A stretch of DNA of 64,000 nt from Candidatus Tepidifontimicrobium thermophilum (GCA_031459915.1 JAVKHO010000003.1:1-64000); one strand, 5' to 3'; shown: positions 10,096 through 18,832, counted from the stretch's first letter. The notes: generated by a model not told the origin, from the sequence alone. Numbers and translations: made by a program.

Positions 10096-10793
10096 TGTTG
10101 ATCGAACTCCGCGACGTCTGGAAGGTGTACCGCATGGACGGGGTCGAAGTGCAGGCCCTGCGGGGCGTGGACCTGCGCGTGGAGGCGGGCGAGTTCGTGG
10201 CCATCATGGGCCCCTCGGGTTCCGGGAAGTCAACGTGCATGAACGTGTTGGGGCTGCTGGACCGCCCCACGTCGGGGGAGTACCGGTTCGAAGGCCGCGA
10301 CACTACCGCTCTGAGCGAGGTGGAAGCAGCGCGGCTGCGGAACCGGCGCATCGGGTTCGTGTTCCAGTCCTTCAACCTCCTGCCGCGGGCCACCGCCCTG
10401 GAGAACGTGGAGCTCCCCCTGGTGTACGCGGGAGTCCGGGACCGGCAGCGAGCCCTGGCCGCCCTACGGTCTGTGGGGCTCGAGCACCGGGCCCGACACC
10501 TGCCGTCGCAGCTGTCGGGAGGAGAACAGCAACGGGTCGCCATCGCCCGGGCCCTGGTGATGCAGCCCGCGGTGGTGCTGGCGGACGAGCCCACGGGCAA
10601 CCTGGACAGCCGGGCGAGCGCAGAGGTGATGCAGCTGTTCCAGCGTTTGAACCGGGAAGGCGTCACGGTGATCCTCGTCACCCACGAGGCGGAAGTGGCC
10701 GCGTTTGCGCGCCGCATCGTGCAGTTCCGCGACGGCCGCATCGTGGCGGACCGGCCGAACCCGCCCCGGGTCCCGGAGGGAAGTCTGCGATGA
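10092..10793 (+). CDS. ABC transporter ATP-binding protein (MacB/LolD type)
   Basis: Walker A GPSGSGKST, signature LSGGEQQRVAIARAL, ADEPTGNLD. Confidence 0.95.
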   Translation: MMLIELRDVWKVYRMDGVEVQALRGVDLRVEAGEFVAIMGPSGSGKSTCMNVLGLLDRPTSGEYRFEGRDTTALSEVEAARLRNRRIGFVFQSFNLLPRATALENVELPLVYAGVRDRQRALAALRSVGLEHRARHLPSQLSGGEQQRVAIARALVMQPAVVLADEPTGNLDSRASAEVMQLFQRLNREGVTVILVTHEAEVAAFARRIVQFRDGRIVADRPNPPRVPEGSLR

Positions 10794-12010
10794 CCCTGCA
10801 GGCCAGCGTGCGGGTGGCGTTGCGGGCTCTCGCCGCGAACCCCTTGCGTTCTTTGCTCACCACGCTGGGGGTCATCATCGGCGTAGCGGCAGTCGTTACC
10901 ACGGTGAGTATCGGGGCCGGGGCGCGCCAGAGCGTGGAGGCCCAGCTTACCGCACTGGGGACGAACCTGCTCACCGTCCTGCCAGGTCGGGTGGAGGCGC
11001 CAGGGCGCGTGGGCTTCGGGCTGGGCAGCGCGCAGACCCTCACGTGGGGGGACGCCCTGGCCGTCCAGCGCTCGATCCCCGGGGTGGAGGCGGTGGCCGC
11101 GGAGTTCAGCCGGAGCGCGCGGGTGGTGGCTGGCCCCTACAACGACACCACCAACGTGAGCGGCGTGACCCCCTCCTTCCCCGAGGTCCGGAACTGGCAC
11201 CCCGTGGAGGGCAGCTTTTTCACCGACCAGGACCTGCGGAGCCGGGCCCGGGTGGCGGTGATCGGCCAGACGGTCCGGGAGACACTGTTCCCCGGCGGGG
11301 AGAGCCCCGTGGGCCAGACGATCCGGATCAATCGGGCGCTGTTCACCGTGGTGGGCGTGATGGAGCGGAAGGGATCCACGGGGTTCGGGGACCGGGACGA
11401 CGTGGTGTTCGTACCCCTCTCCACCGCCCAGAGGCGCCTGTTCGGGGTGGACTACGTGCGGGCGGTGTACGTGAAGGTCCGCGAGGCGGGGCGCATGGGG
11501 GAGGTGGCGGCTCAGGTCGAGGGTTTGTTGCGGGAGCGGCACCGCATCCCGGAGGACGCGGAGCCCGACTTCGTGGTGCGCAACCAGGCGGACGTGGTTC
11601 AGGCGTTCACCGGGGTCACCCGGACCATCACGTTGCTCCTGGCCGCCATCGCCGCCGTGTCCCTGGTGGTGGGAGGGATCGGGATCATGAACATCATGCT
11701 GGTCTCGGTGACCGAACGTACGCGGGAAATCGGGATCCGCAAGGCGGTGGGGGCCACGCGGCGGGACGTCCTTATGCAGTTCCTCGTGGAAGCCGTGCTG
11801 CTGAGCGCAGGCGGAGGACTGGTGGGAGTGGGGCTCGGGGTGGCCGCGGCTCGCACCGTGTCCGCGGTGGCGGGCTGGGCCACGGTGGTCACGGCGCAGG
11901 CCGTCCTGCTGGCGTTCGGGTTTGCCGCGGCGGTGGGCGTGTTTTTCGGCCTGTACCCCGCCCACCGGGCCGCCTCCCTGGACCCCATCGTGGCCCTTCG
12001 GTACGAGTGA
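10790..12010 (+). CDS. ABC transporter permease (MacB/FtsX family)
   Basis: LRSLLTTLGVIIGV, GGIGIMNIMLVSVTERTREIGIRKAVGA, LDPIVALRYE; ATGA overlap with the ATPase gene. Confidence 0.95.
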   Translation: MTLQASVRVALRALAANPLRSLLTTLGVIIGVAAVVTTVSIGAGARQSVEAQLTALGTNLLTVLPGRVEAPGRVGFGLGSAQTLTWGDALAVQRSIPGVEAVAAEFSRSARVVAGPYNDTTNVSGVTPSFPEVRNWHPVEGSFFTDQDLRSRARVAVIGQTVRETLFPGGESPVGQTIRINRALFTVVGVMERKGSTGFGDRDDVVFVPLSTAQRRLFGVDYVRAVYVKVREAGRMGEVAAQVEGLLRERHRIPEDAEPDFVVRNQADVVQAFTGVTRTITLLLAAIAAVSLVVGGIGIMNIMLVSVTERTREIGIRKAVGATRRDVLMQFLVEAVLLSAGGGLVGVGLGVAAARTVSAVAGWATVVTAQAVLLAFGFAAAVGVFFGLYPAHRAASLDPIVALRYE

Positions 12011-12019
12011 GGAGCGGCG

Positions 12020-12430
12020 GTGCGGGGGTGGGTACCTGTCGTTGTGTTGGTGGCGCTCCTTTTGGGGTGCGCTCGGGGAGGGACCGAGCCTCGCGGCGAC
12101 CCCGCGGTACGCGTGGCTCTGGCTGTCCTGGTGCTACAACGGAGCCCCGCGCCCCTGAGCCGCCAGCAGGCGCAGAGGGCTTTGGGGATCCTGCAGGCCT
12201 TACGGGAGCTCAAGCCGGAGGAGCGCGAGGCGGCCCGCAGCCTTGCGTCGCAGTTCGACGCCTTGCTGACCGCCTCCCAGCGGGAGGTGCTGCGGTCCGC
12301 GCGGGAGCGCCTGCGGGAAAGGGTGGGTGGAGGGCCACGGCCGAGCCCGGATCCGCAGAGGCTAGCGGAGCTGCGCCGCAGGCTGCTGGACCGGGCGATC
12401 CAGGTTTTGAGAGCCTCCGGCCGCTCCTGA
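12020..12430 (+). CDS. Hypothetical lipoprotein associated with the MacAB operon
   Basis: Lipobox-like LLLGC; helical body with LSRQQAQ and LLTASQRE repeats; RBS GAGGAG. Confidence 0.6.
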   Translation: MRGWVPVVVLVALLLGCARGGTEPRGDPAVRVALAVLVLQRSPAPLSRQQAQRALGILQALRELKPEEREAARSLASQFDALLTASQREVLRSARERLRERVGGGPRPSPDPQRLAELRRRLLDRAIQVLRASGRS

Positions 12431-12556
12431 TCTGCTGCCCGGGCGTACGGGGCGGGCTTGCCTTCACGGCCCGCACCGGCGCACGCGGGCTTTCGGAACT
12501 CCGGCCGCTTGGATCCCGTATCTCCACCGAGACGGGGCGAGGGAGGGGAGCACACG

Positions 12557-13294
12557 GTGAGAGGCGTAGCGGCGGCGGCCCTGGTCCTGGCGGTAGCTGC
12601 AGCGGGCCTGGCAGGCCCGGTGGCCAGGGTGGAGCGGCAGGGCGTGGAGCTGGTGCTTTCGGTGGACAAGGACGCCTACGCGCGGGGGGAGCCGGTCCAG
12701 ATGGAGCTGGTGGTGCACAACCCCGGCCCGGGGGCGGTGACGTTCCAGTTCAGCGACAGCCAGCGGTACGACTTCGTGGTCCAGGACGACCGTGGAGCGG
12801 TGGTGTGGTACTGGTCCCGCGACAAGATGTTCGCACAGGTTCTCGGGAGCCTCACCCTGATGCCGGGGGAGGAGCGGCGCTTCCGGGAGCGGTGGGACCA
12901 GCGGGACCTTGAGGGCAGGGCAGTCCCCGCGGGCCGCTACTGGATCGTGGGGCTGTTTCCGCCTCAGCGGCCGATCCTGCCCGAGCTGGTCGGCGTCCGT
13001 GGCCCCCGGGTCGGGGTGGACATTGGGCTGCCGTCGCGTAGCGCCGTCTCGGCGTATCACAAGGTGTTCCGCCCCGGCCGGGTCCGCGTGCGGTTCTTCC
13101 CGTGGGCGGCGGAACGGGAGGTCCGGCGGCTGCTCCGGGCTTTGGACCTGCGGGTGGAGCGGACGGGCCCGTCTGGATTCTGGGTGGTGCGCACGCGGGA
13201 GGCCGACGAGACGTGGGAGGTCGCCCAGGCTCTGAACCGGTCGCCCCTGGTGGAGTGGGCGGTCCCCGACTACGTGCTCGTGCCGCGGCGGTAG
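12557..13294 (+). CDS. Secreted BsuPI (intracellular proteinase inhibitor-like) domain protein with a C-terminal S8 propeptide-like domain
   Basis: F.FSDSQRYDFVV.D..G.VVWYWS.DKMFAQV is the BsuPI-like motif; the C-terminus PGRVRVRF...P.VEWAVPDY resembles subtilase prodomains; signal peptide from GTG 12557. Confidence 0.7.
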   Translation: MRGVAAAALVLAVAAAGLAGPVARVERQGVELVLSVDKDAYARGEPVQMELVVHNPGPGAVTFQFSDSQRYDFVVQDDRGAVVWYWSRDKMFAQVLGSLTLMPGEERRFRERWDQRDLEGRAVPAGRYWIVGLFPPQRPILPELVGVRGPRVGVDIGLPSRSAVSAYHKVFRPGRVRVRFFPWAAEREVRRLLRALDLRVERTGPSGFWVVRTREADETWEVAQALNRSPLVEWAVPDYVLVPRR

Positions 13295-13315
13295 AGTTCT
13301 CACGGTGCTGGTGTC

Positions 13316-13321
13316 TATACT
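13316..13321 (+). promoter_or_regulatory. Putative -10 element (TATACT) for tRNA-Glu
   Basis: TATACT 11 nt before the tRNA in very GC-rich DNA. Confidence 0.55.
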
Positions 13322-13332
13322 GGGGTGGGCAC

Positions 13333-13410
13333 GCCCCGGTCGTCTAGCCAGGCCTAGGACTCCGGTCTTTCAAGCCGGCAACACGGGTTCGAATCCCGTC
13401 CGGGGCACCA
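13333..13410 (+). tRNA. tRNA-Glu (anticodon TTC)
   Basis: Acceptor stem GCCCCGG/CCGGGGC, anticodon arm CCGGT-CTTTCAA-GCCGG, GGTTCGAATCC, encoded CCA. Confidence 0.97.
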
Positions 13411-14264
13411 CGGCACTCCGAGCTCAGGCAACGAGCCAGCTCGGCCCCCGCGAGGATCACCAGGGCAGCGAGGTACACCCACAGGAGGAACACGATGACG
13501 CCCGCAAGCGACCCGTAGACCGCCTGGTAGCGGGGGAAGGCTTCCACGGCCCGGAATACCAGTGCCCGCGCGGTCTCGAACAGGACGGTGGCGAAGAGAC
13601 TTCCGGCCACCAGGGCGCGCCAGGGGAAGGGCTGGGCCGGCAGCAGCCGGTACGCTAGGAGAAAGGTAAAAGCCGCGAGCGCGCCCGGGCCGAAGCGTCC
13701 GAAGAAGTCCAGGCCCGGGAGGAATCGCAGGATCTCAGCGCCCAGCCAGGGCGCGAGCCTCAGGAGGATCGCCCGGGCGACCGCCAGGGACATGGACGCA
13801 CCCAGCAGCCCCGCAAGGACCAGAGTGGCGAACATGTCCACAAGCCTCCTGCGCCACAAGGGCCGTGGGGTCTGTACCTCCAGGACACGGTTTAGAGCGT
13901 GGCGCAGCGCTCCCGTCGCCGCGCTCCCGGACCACAGGAAGAGCGCCATCGCGGCGGCGCCCACCGGCCCCCGGGTCTTCACCGCTTCGTACACGGATCG
14001 CTCCACAGCTGCGGCCGCCTGCGGGGGAAGGTAGGTCCTCAGAACGCGGCTCAGTTCCGCCTGCAGCTGCGTTTGGTCCAGGAGAGCGGCTCCCAGGGCG
14101 GTGGCCATCAGCAGGAGGGGGAACACGGATAGCAGGGCGTAGTAGGCCACCGTGGCCGCCAGGGAGGGCCCGTCGTGGGCGCGGAATCCGGACATCACGC
14201 AGCGGCCCACCGCCCAGGCTCCCCGTAGCGTTACCGCAGGGCGGGGGACACAAGGGGCTGGCAC
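13344..14264 (-). CDS. YihY/virulence factor BrkB family membrane protein
   Basis: AATVAYYALLSVFPLLL and YGSLAGVIVFLLWVYLAALVILAGAE motifs. Start uncertain (ATG 14195 possible); 3' end runs antisense into tRNA-Glu. Confidence 0.88.
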   Translation of the reverse strand: MPAPCVPRPAVTLRGAWAVGRCVMSGFRAHDGPSLAATVAYYALLSVFPLLLMATALGAALLDQTQLQAELSRVLRTYLPPQAAAAVERSVYEAVKTRGPVGAAAMALFLWSGSAATGALRHALNRVLEVQTPRPLWRRRLVDMFATLVLAGLLGASMSLAVARAILLRLAPWLGAEILRFLPGLDFFGRFGPGALAAFTFLLAYRLLPAQPFPWRALVAGSLFATVLFETARALVFRAVEAFPRYQAVYGSLAGVIVFLLWVYLAALVILAGAELARCLSSECRGAPDGIRTRVAGLKDRSPRPG

Positions 14265-14379
14265 AGGGACCCTCCCAGCTGTGAGGTCCTGCCGTGAGTG
14301 TACCCGACCGCGCCTCCTGTAGGTCAGGAGGCCGGCGCGTTGGGTGCCCGGCTCCCGGAGCGGCTGGCCCGCGTGTTGC

Positions 14380-14409
14380 TTGTGGCCGTCGGCTTTCCCT
14401 TCCTATAAT
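14380..14409 (+). promoter_or_regulatory. Sigma70-type promoter of tRNA-Val
   Basis: TTGTGG-18nt-TATAAT ending 9 nt before the tRNA. Confidence 0.6.
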
Positions 14410-14418
14410 AGGCCGTGC

Positions 14419-14493
14419 GGGCGGTTAGCTCAGCGGGAGAGCGCTTGCTTCACACGCAAGAGGCCGGAGGTTCGAACCCTCCACCGCCCACCA
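14419..14493 (+). tRNA. tRNA-Val (anticodon CAC)
   Basis: GGGCGGT...TAGCTCAG; anticodon arm CTTGC-TTCACAC-GCAAG; GGTTCGAACC; CCA end. Confidence 0.97.
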
Positions 14494-14578
14494 ACCTGCC
14501 GCCGGCGTCTCGTTGCCCGCTCCGGCCTGTGGGGTGTGCGGGCGACAGCTCGCCACGGAAGGCCTTCGGGGGGATGCC

Positions 14579-15685
14579 TTGGATCCGCGGGTTGAACGTC
14601 TCGCCCAGGTGCTGGTCCGCTACTCGCTCCGGGTCCGGCCGGGCTGGTTGGTCCGCATCAGCGCCCCGGCGGTGGCGCAGCCCCTCATCCTCGCCGCGTA
14701 CCGTGAGGTCCTGCGGGTGGGGGCACACCCGCTGCTGCGGGTCACCGTGGACGGGGTCGAGGAGGCCTTCTACCGGGAGGCGAGCGAGGAGCAGCTGCGG
14801 TACGTGTCCGAGCTGCAGCGGCAAGAAGTGGAGCAGATCGACGCGTCTCTGGGCGTCTGGGCGGACACCAACACCCGCAGTCTCACCAACGTGCCGCCGG
14901 AACGCCGCCGGATCCGGGCGGAGGCTACGCGGCCTCTAAGCCAGCGGTTCCTCGAGCGAGCGGCGCAGGGGACACTGCGCTGGGTCGGCACCCAGTACCC
15001 CACCCAAGCCGCGGCCCAGGAGGCGGAGATGTCCCTGGAGGAGTACGAGGAGTTCGTGTACGGGGCAGGTTTCCTAGACCGGCCGGACCCGGTGGCGGAG
15101 TGGGAGAGCGTACGCAAGCGGCAGCAGCGGATCGCGGAGTTCCTGTCCACCAAGCGCACCCTCCGGGTGGTGGCGGAGGACACGGACTTGGTCGTCGGGG
15201 TCGCAGGGCGGCGGTGGATCAACGCCGCGGGCGAGCACAACTTCCCTGACGGGGAGGTATTCACCGGTCCCGAGGAGGACCGCACCACCGGGCACGTGCG
15301 CTTCACCTTCCCCGCCCTGTACGGGGGCCGAGAGGTCACCGGCGTGCGGCTGGTGTTCGAGGGAGGGCGGGTCGTCCACGCGGAGGCCGACAAGGGCCGG
15401 GAGTTCCTTCAGGAGATGCTGAACACCGACCCTGGGGCCCGCGTCCTGGGGGAGTTCGCCTTCGGGCTCAACCCTCACATCCAGCGGTTCACCCGGAACA
15501 CCCTGTTTGACGAGAAGATCGGCGGGACGGTGCATATGGCGCTGGGTTCTTCCTACCCCGAGACCGGCGGCCGGAACCAGTCCGGCATCCACTGGGACCT
15601 GATTTGCGACCTGCGCCAGGGCGGGGAAGTGTACGCGGACGGAGAACTGATCCTCCGGGACGGCCGCCTCCTGCTCGACACGTGA
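14579..15685 (+). CDS. Aminopeptidase, M29 family (aminopeptidase T/AmpS)
   Basis: MDPRVERLAQVLV.YS N-terminus; NFPDGEVFT, LGEFAFG, LFDEKIGGTVHMALG and SGIHWD motifs. Confidence 0.93.
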   Translation: MDPRVERLAQVLVRYSLRVRPGWLVRISAPAVAQPLILAAYREVLRVGAHPLLRVTVDGVEEAFYREASEEQLRYVSELQRQEVEQIDASLGVWADTNTRSLTNVPPERRRIRAEATRPLSQRFLERAAQGTLRWVGTQYPTQAAAQEAEMSLEEYEEFVYGAGFLDRPDPVAEWESVRKRQQRIAEFLSTKRTLRVVAEDTDLVVGVAGRRWINAAGEHNFPDGEVFTGPEEDRTTGHVRFTFPALYGGREVTGVRLVFEGGRVVHAEADKGREFLQEMLNTDPGARVLGEFAFGLNPHIQRFTRNTLFDEKIGGTVHMALGSSYPETGGRNQSGIHWDLICDLRQGGEVYADGELILRDGRLLLDT

Positions 15686-15715
15686 GCCGCTGCGGTGTCC
15701 GGCGGCAGCCGGGGC

Positions 15716-16000
15716 TCAGGGCCAGGGCCAGTCCGCTTCCACCTCCGTGAGCAGGGCGTCGAAGAGCTGGCGCTGCTCCTCGGCGACCTCGTCGGCCCGC
15801 TCCGCGTACGCGGGGTGCTCCTGCGCCTTCAGGTACACATTGGCCAGCACGTTCTGCTGCAGGGCCCGCAGCAGGTCGAGGACCTCTGCTCGCGGAAATG
15901 GACCGAACTCCCCCGCCCGCAGCCGATCCACCAGCTCCCGGACCGGGCGCAGCTCGACCACGCACACCTGCTCGTAGGCGTCCCAGAGGCGGTCGCTCAC
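15716..16000 (-). CDS. Hypothetical 94-aa helical protein, translationally coupled to pyk
   Basis: GTG at 16000 overlaps the pyk TGA (GTGA); MSDRLWDAYEQVCVVELRPV... has protein-like composition. Confidence 0.65.
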   Translation of the reverse strand: MSDRLWDAYEQVCVVELRPVRELVDRLRAGEFGPFPRAEVLDLLRALQQNVLANVYLKAQEHPAYAERADEVAEEQRQLFDALLTEVEADWPWP

Positions 16001-17454
16001 GGCCTTGCCGCCCGCCGTACCCGGTGCACCTTCACGAAGTTCGTCCGGCCGCGGGCGATGATGGGTGCGGAGCCGGTCACCACCAGCACGTCTCCGGGCT
16101 CCACCAACCCCCTGCGGAGGAGCTCCTCCTCCGCGTGGGTCAGCATGGCGTCCGTATCCTCCCGGAATTCGATCACCACAGGGTGAACCCCCCACCACAG
16201 GCAGAGCCCGCGCGCGACGGCCTCGTCCTCCGTGAGGGCCACGATGGGTTCTGCAGGCCGGTTTTTCGAGACGAGCTGGGCGGTCCTGCCGCTGCGGGTG
16301 ATCACCACGATAGCCTTGGCCCGAAGGTCGTGGCTCAGGCGGCACGCAGCGGCCGCCACGGCTTCCGCGATCCCCAGGCGGCGGTCGTGCTGGCGGGGCG
16401 CCTGGTAGAGCTGAGGGCTGGCGGCTTCCACCTCCACCGCGATCCGATCCATCATGCGGACGGCCTCCAGCGGATAGCGGCCGGCGGCGGTCTCCGCCGA
16501 CAGCATCACCGCGTCGGTGCCGTCCAAGATGGCGTTGGCCACGTCGGACGCCTCGGCACGGGTGGGCCGCGGGTGGTCCACCATGGACTCCAGCATCTGG
16601 GTGGCGGTGATCACGGGGATCCCGAGCTCGTTCGCCCGGCGGATGATGTGCTTCTGCAGGGTGGGCACGCGCTCCGGTGCCAGCTCCACGCCCAGGTCTC
16701 CGCGGGCCACCATGACCCCGTCGCTGGCCTGCATGATCTCCTCCAGGTGGTCCACGGCTTCGGCCTTCTCCAGCTTGGCCACCAGGGGAACCGTGCGGCC
16801 TAGCCGCTCCATGAGCTCCCGAGCCTGGACCACGTCCTCCGCCCGCCGGACGAAGGACAGAGCCACGAAGTCCACGCCGGCCTCCAGTCCGAACCGCAGG
16901 TCCTCCACGTCCTTGTCCGTGAGGGCCGGCGCCCGCAGGGTGACGCCCGGGAGGTTGATCCCCTTGTGCTCCTCCAGCAACCCGCCCCGCACCACCCGCG
17001 CCCGGACCTCCTGTGGGCCCACCGAGGTCACCGCCAGCTCGAGTTCGCCGTCCGCCAGCAGGATGCGGTCCCCGGCGCGGACCTCCCGTACCAGCTCCGG
17101 GTAGGTGACCGACAGACGCTGGGCGGTCCCTCCTTCCGTGTGGGCCCCAATCACCACCTCACTTCCCTCTTCGAGGACTACGGGCCGGTGGTCGCGGAGC
17201 TCTCCCACCCGGATCTTCGGCCCCTGGAGATCCTGGAGGATGGCCACCGGCCGGCCCAGCTCCGCGCTGAAGCGGCGGACGAGCTGGATCCAGCGCCGGT
17301 GTTCCTCCCGGGTCCCGTGGGAGAAGTTGAATCGCATCACGTCCACACCCGCCTCCACGAGGGCGCGCAGGCGGTCGGGTTCCCCCGTGGCGGGACCGAT
17401 GGTGGCGACGATCTTGGTGCGCCGGTGCCGAGGCAGGGTGCACTTCGAGGCCAT
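15997..17454 (-). CDS. pyk: Pyruvate kinase
   Basis: RTKIVATIGP, RFNFSHG, DLQGPKIR (Lys form, associated with K+-independent enzymes), MVARGDLGVE and ATQMLESM motifs. Confidence 0.97.
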   Translation of the reverse strand: MASKCTLPRHRRTKIVATIGPATGEPDRLRALVEAGVDVMRFNFSHGTREEHRRWIQLVRRFSAELGRPVAILQDLQGPKIRVGELRDHRPVVLEEGSEVVIGAHTEGGTAQRLSVTYPELVREVRAGDRILLADGELELAVTSVGPQEVRARVVRGGLLEEHKGINLPGVTLRAPALTDKDVEDLRFGLEAGVDFVALSFVRRAEDVVQARELMERLGRTVPLVAKLEKAEAVDHLEEIMQASDGVMVARGDLGVELAPERVPTLQKHIIRRANELGIPVITATQMLESMVDHPRPTRAEASDVANAILDGTDAVMLSAETAAGRYPLEAVRMMDRIAVEVEAASPQLYQAPRQHDRRLGIAEAVAAAACRLSHDLRAKAIVVITRSGRTAQLVSKNRPAEPIVALTEDEAVARGLCLWWGVHPVVIEFREDTDAMLTHAEEELLRRGLVEPGDVLVVTGSAPIIARGRTNFVKVHRVRRAARP

Positions 17455-17480
17455 CTCCAGACTCCCTCCCGTGTCTCCAC

Positions 17481-17489
17481 AGCATACCA
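17481..17489 (-). promoter_or_regulatory. Extended -10 promoter (TGGTATGCT) for pyk
   Basis: TG-N-TATGCT on the minus strand about 27 nt upstream of the ATG, with GGGAGGGAG RBS in between. Confidence 0.5.
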
Positions 17490-17568
17490 CGTGGCTCCCG
17501 CTGCCTTTCCAAGATAGGAAGATAGGAAGTCGGTGCGGGACCCTGGAAATACCCGCGGGGAGGCAGCG

Positions 17569-18720
17569 GTGGGCGAGCCCAACGTGCCGGGGCCGGGAGA
17601 GCGACTCCGCCTAGGAGGCTACGTGCGGCTGCTGGTGGCCGTGACGGTGGTGGCGCTGGTCGGCCTGTCGTGGTTGGGCGCGTACCGGGGTTGGGGATGG
17701 GCTGCCTGGCCGGACCTGGCGGCCCTGGCCCTGATCACCTTGCTCGCGGCCTTCGGGCTGGACGATGAGCCCGTGGACGCGGTAGAGATCGGGGTGGCAG
17801 CGGGCTTCGTGGTAGTGGGCCCCTTCCTGTCCGTGGGGATGGCAGCGGTGCTGTCCCCCCTGCTGGATCTCCTTCGCCGCGTGCACACGCTGCGGGCGGG
17901 CTACCGTTTTGGGCGCCGGGTCCTCCCGGCAGTCGTTGCGGCGGCAGCCTACTCGTACGCGGTACCCGTCCAGCGGTGGGTCGACCTGGGGCGGAACGCC
18001 ACCGGTTACCTCCTGGTGGGGATCGTGTGGAGCATAGCCGCCCTGGCCATCCGGGCCCGTTACTTCGCCACGCTGTCGGGGGTGCCCATGATGCGCAGCC
18101 TGCGGCTCCACGCCCGGCCGGGGCTGGGCCCCCTGGTGGTGTCCGTACCCCTCGGGGTCGCGGTCGCCTCGCTGTTCCAGGCGGATCCTGCGGCAGTCGT
18201 GGTCCTCCTGCTACCGGCCCTGGTGGCCCGCAGACTCACCACCGGAGGGCGGGCCAGCGCGGAGACGGACCCCTTGACCGGCTTCGATCTCCCCCACCGC
18301 CTGTGGGAGCGGCTGCACCAGGAGATGCTGCGGGCCCGGCGCCAAAGACAACCCCTCGCGGTGTTAGTCTTGGTGCTGGAGAACTTGGAGGAGCTCCGGC
18401 GTGTCCTGGGAACTCCTGGGACGGGAGCCGTGGTGCAGGAAGTAGCCCGTGCGGTGCAGCGGGAGCTGCGCCGGTCCGACTACGTGGCCCACCTCACCGA
18501 GGAGCGCCTCGTTTGCCTGCTACCGGGTGCCACGGTAGAGCAGGCGGAGCGGGTGGCTGCCCGGATCCGCAGCGAGGTGGTCATGCGGACACCGGCGCGG
18601 GTGTCCTTCGGCGTGTCCGCGTACAGCGGCGGTGCCGAGGAGCCCAGTGCGGTGCTCGGCGCCGCGGACGTGGCCGCGGAGCGGGCGCGGCGGGCCGGAG
18701 ACCGGGTGGTCCGGGGTTGA
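17569..18720 (+). CDS. Membrane protein with a degenerate GGDEF domain
   Basis: About 7 TM helices then TDPLTG; RRSD I-site; active-site position reads LTEER instead of GGDEF. Start 17533 or 17569. Confidence 0.8.
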   Translation: MGEPNVPGPGERLRLGGYVRLLVAVTVVALVGLSWLGAYRGWGWAAWPDLAALALITLLAAFGLDDEPVDAVEIGVAAGFVVVGPFLSVGMAAVLSPLLDLLRRVHTLRAGYRFGRRVLPAVVAAAAYSYAVPVQRWVDLGRNATGYLLVGIVWSIAALAIRARYFATLSGVPMMRSLRLHARPGLGPLVVSVPLGVAVASLFQADPAAVVVLLLPALVARRLTTGGRASAETDPLTGFDLPHRLWERLHQEMLRARRQRQPLAVLVLVLENLEELRRVLGTPGTGAVVQEVARAVQRELRRSDYVAHLTEERLVCLLPGATVEQAERVAARIRSEVVMRTPARVSFGVSAYSGGAEEPSAVLGAADVAAERARRAGDRVVRG

Positions 18721-18729
18721 TGGTATAAT
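18721..18729 (+). promoter_or_regulatory. Extended -10 promoter (TGGTATAAT) for tRNA-Thr and the downstream RNA
   Basis: Perfect TGnTATAAT 11 nt before the tRNA. Confidence 0.7.
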
Positions 18730-18740
18730 CGCCGCGGGCC

Positions 18741-18816
18741 GCCGGCGTAGCTCAGTCGGCAGAGCGGCTGATTCGTAATCAGCAGGTCAGGGGTTCGAAT
18801 CCCCTCGCCGGCTCCA
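18741..18816 (+). tRNA. tRNA-Thr (anticodon CGT)
   Basis: GCCGGCG/CGCCGGC acceptor stem; anticodon arm GCTGA-TTCGTAA-TCAGC; GGTTCGAATCC; CCA end. Confidence 0.97.
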
Positions 18817-18832
18817 GCGGGAACTCCTCGTG

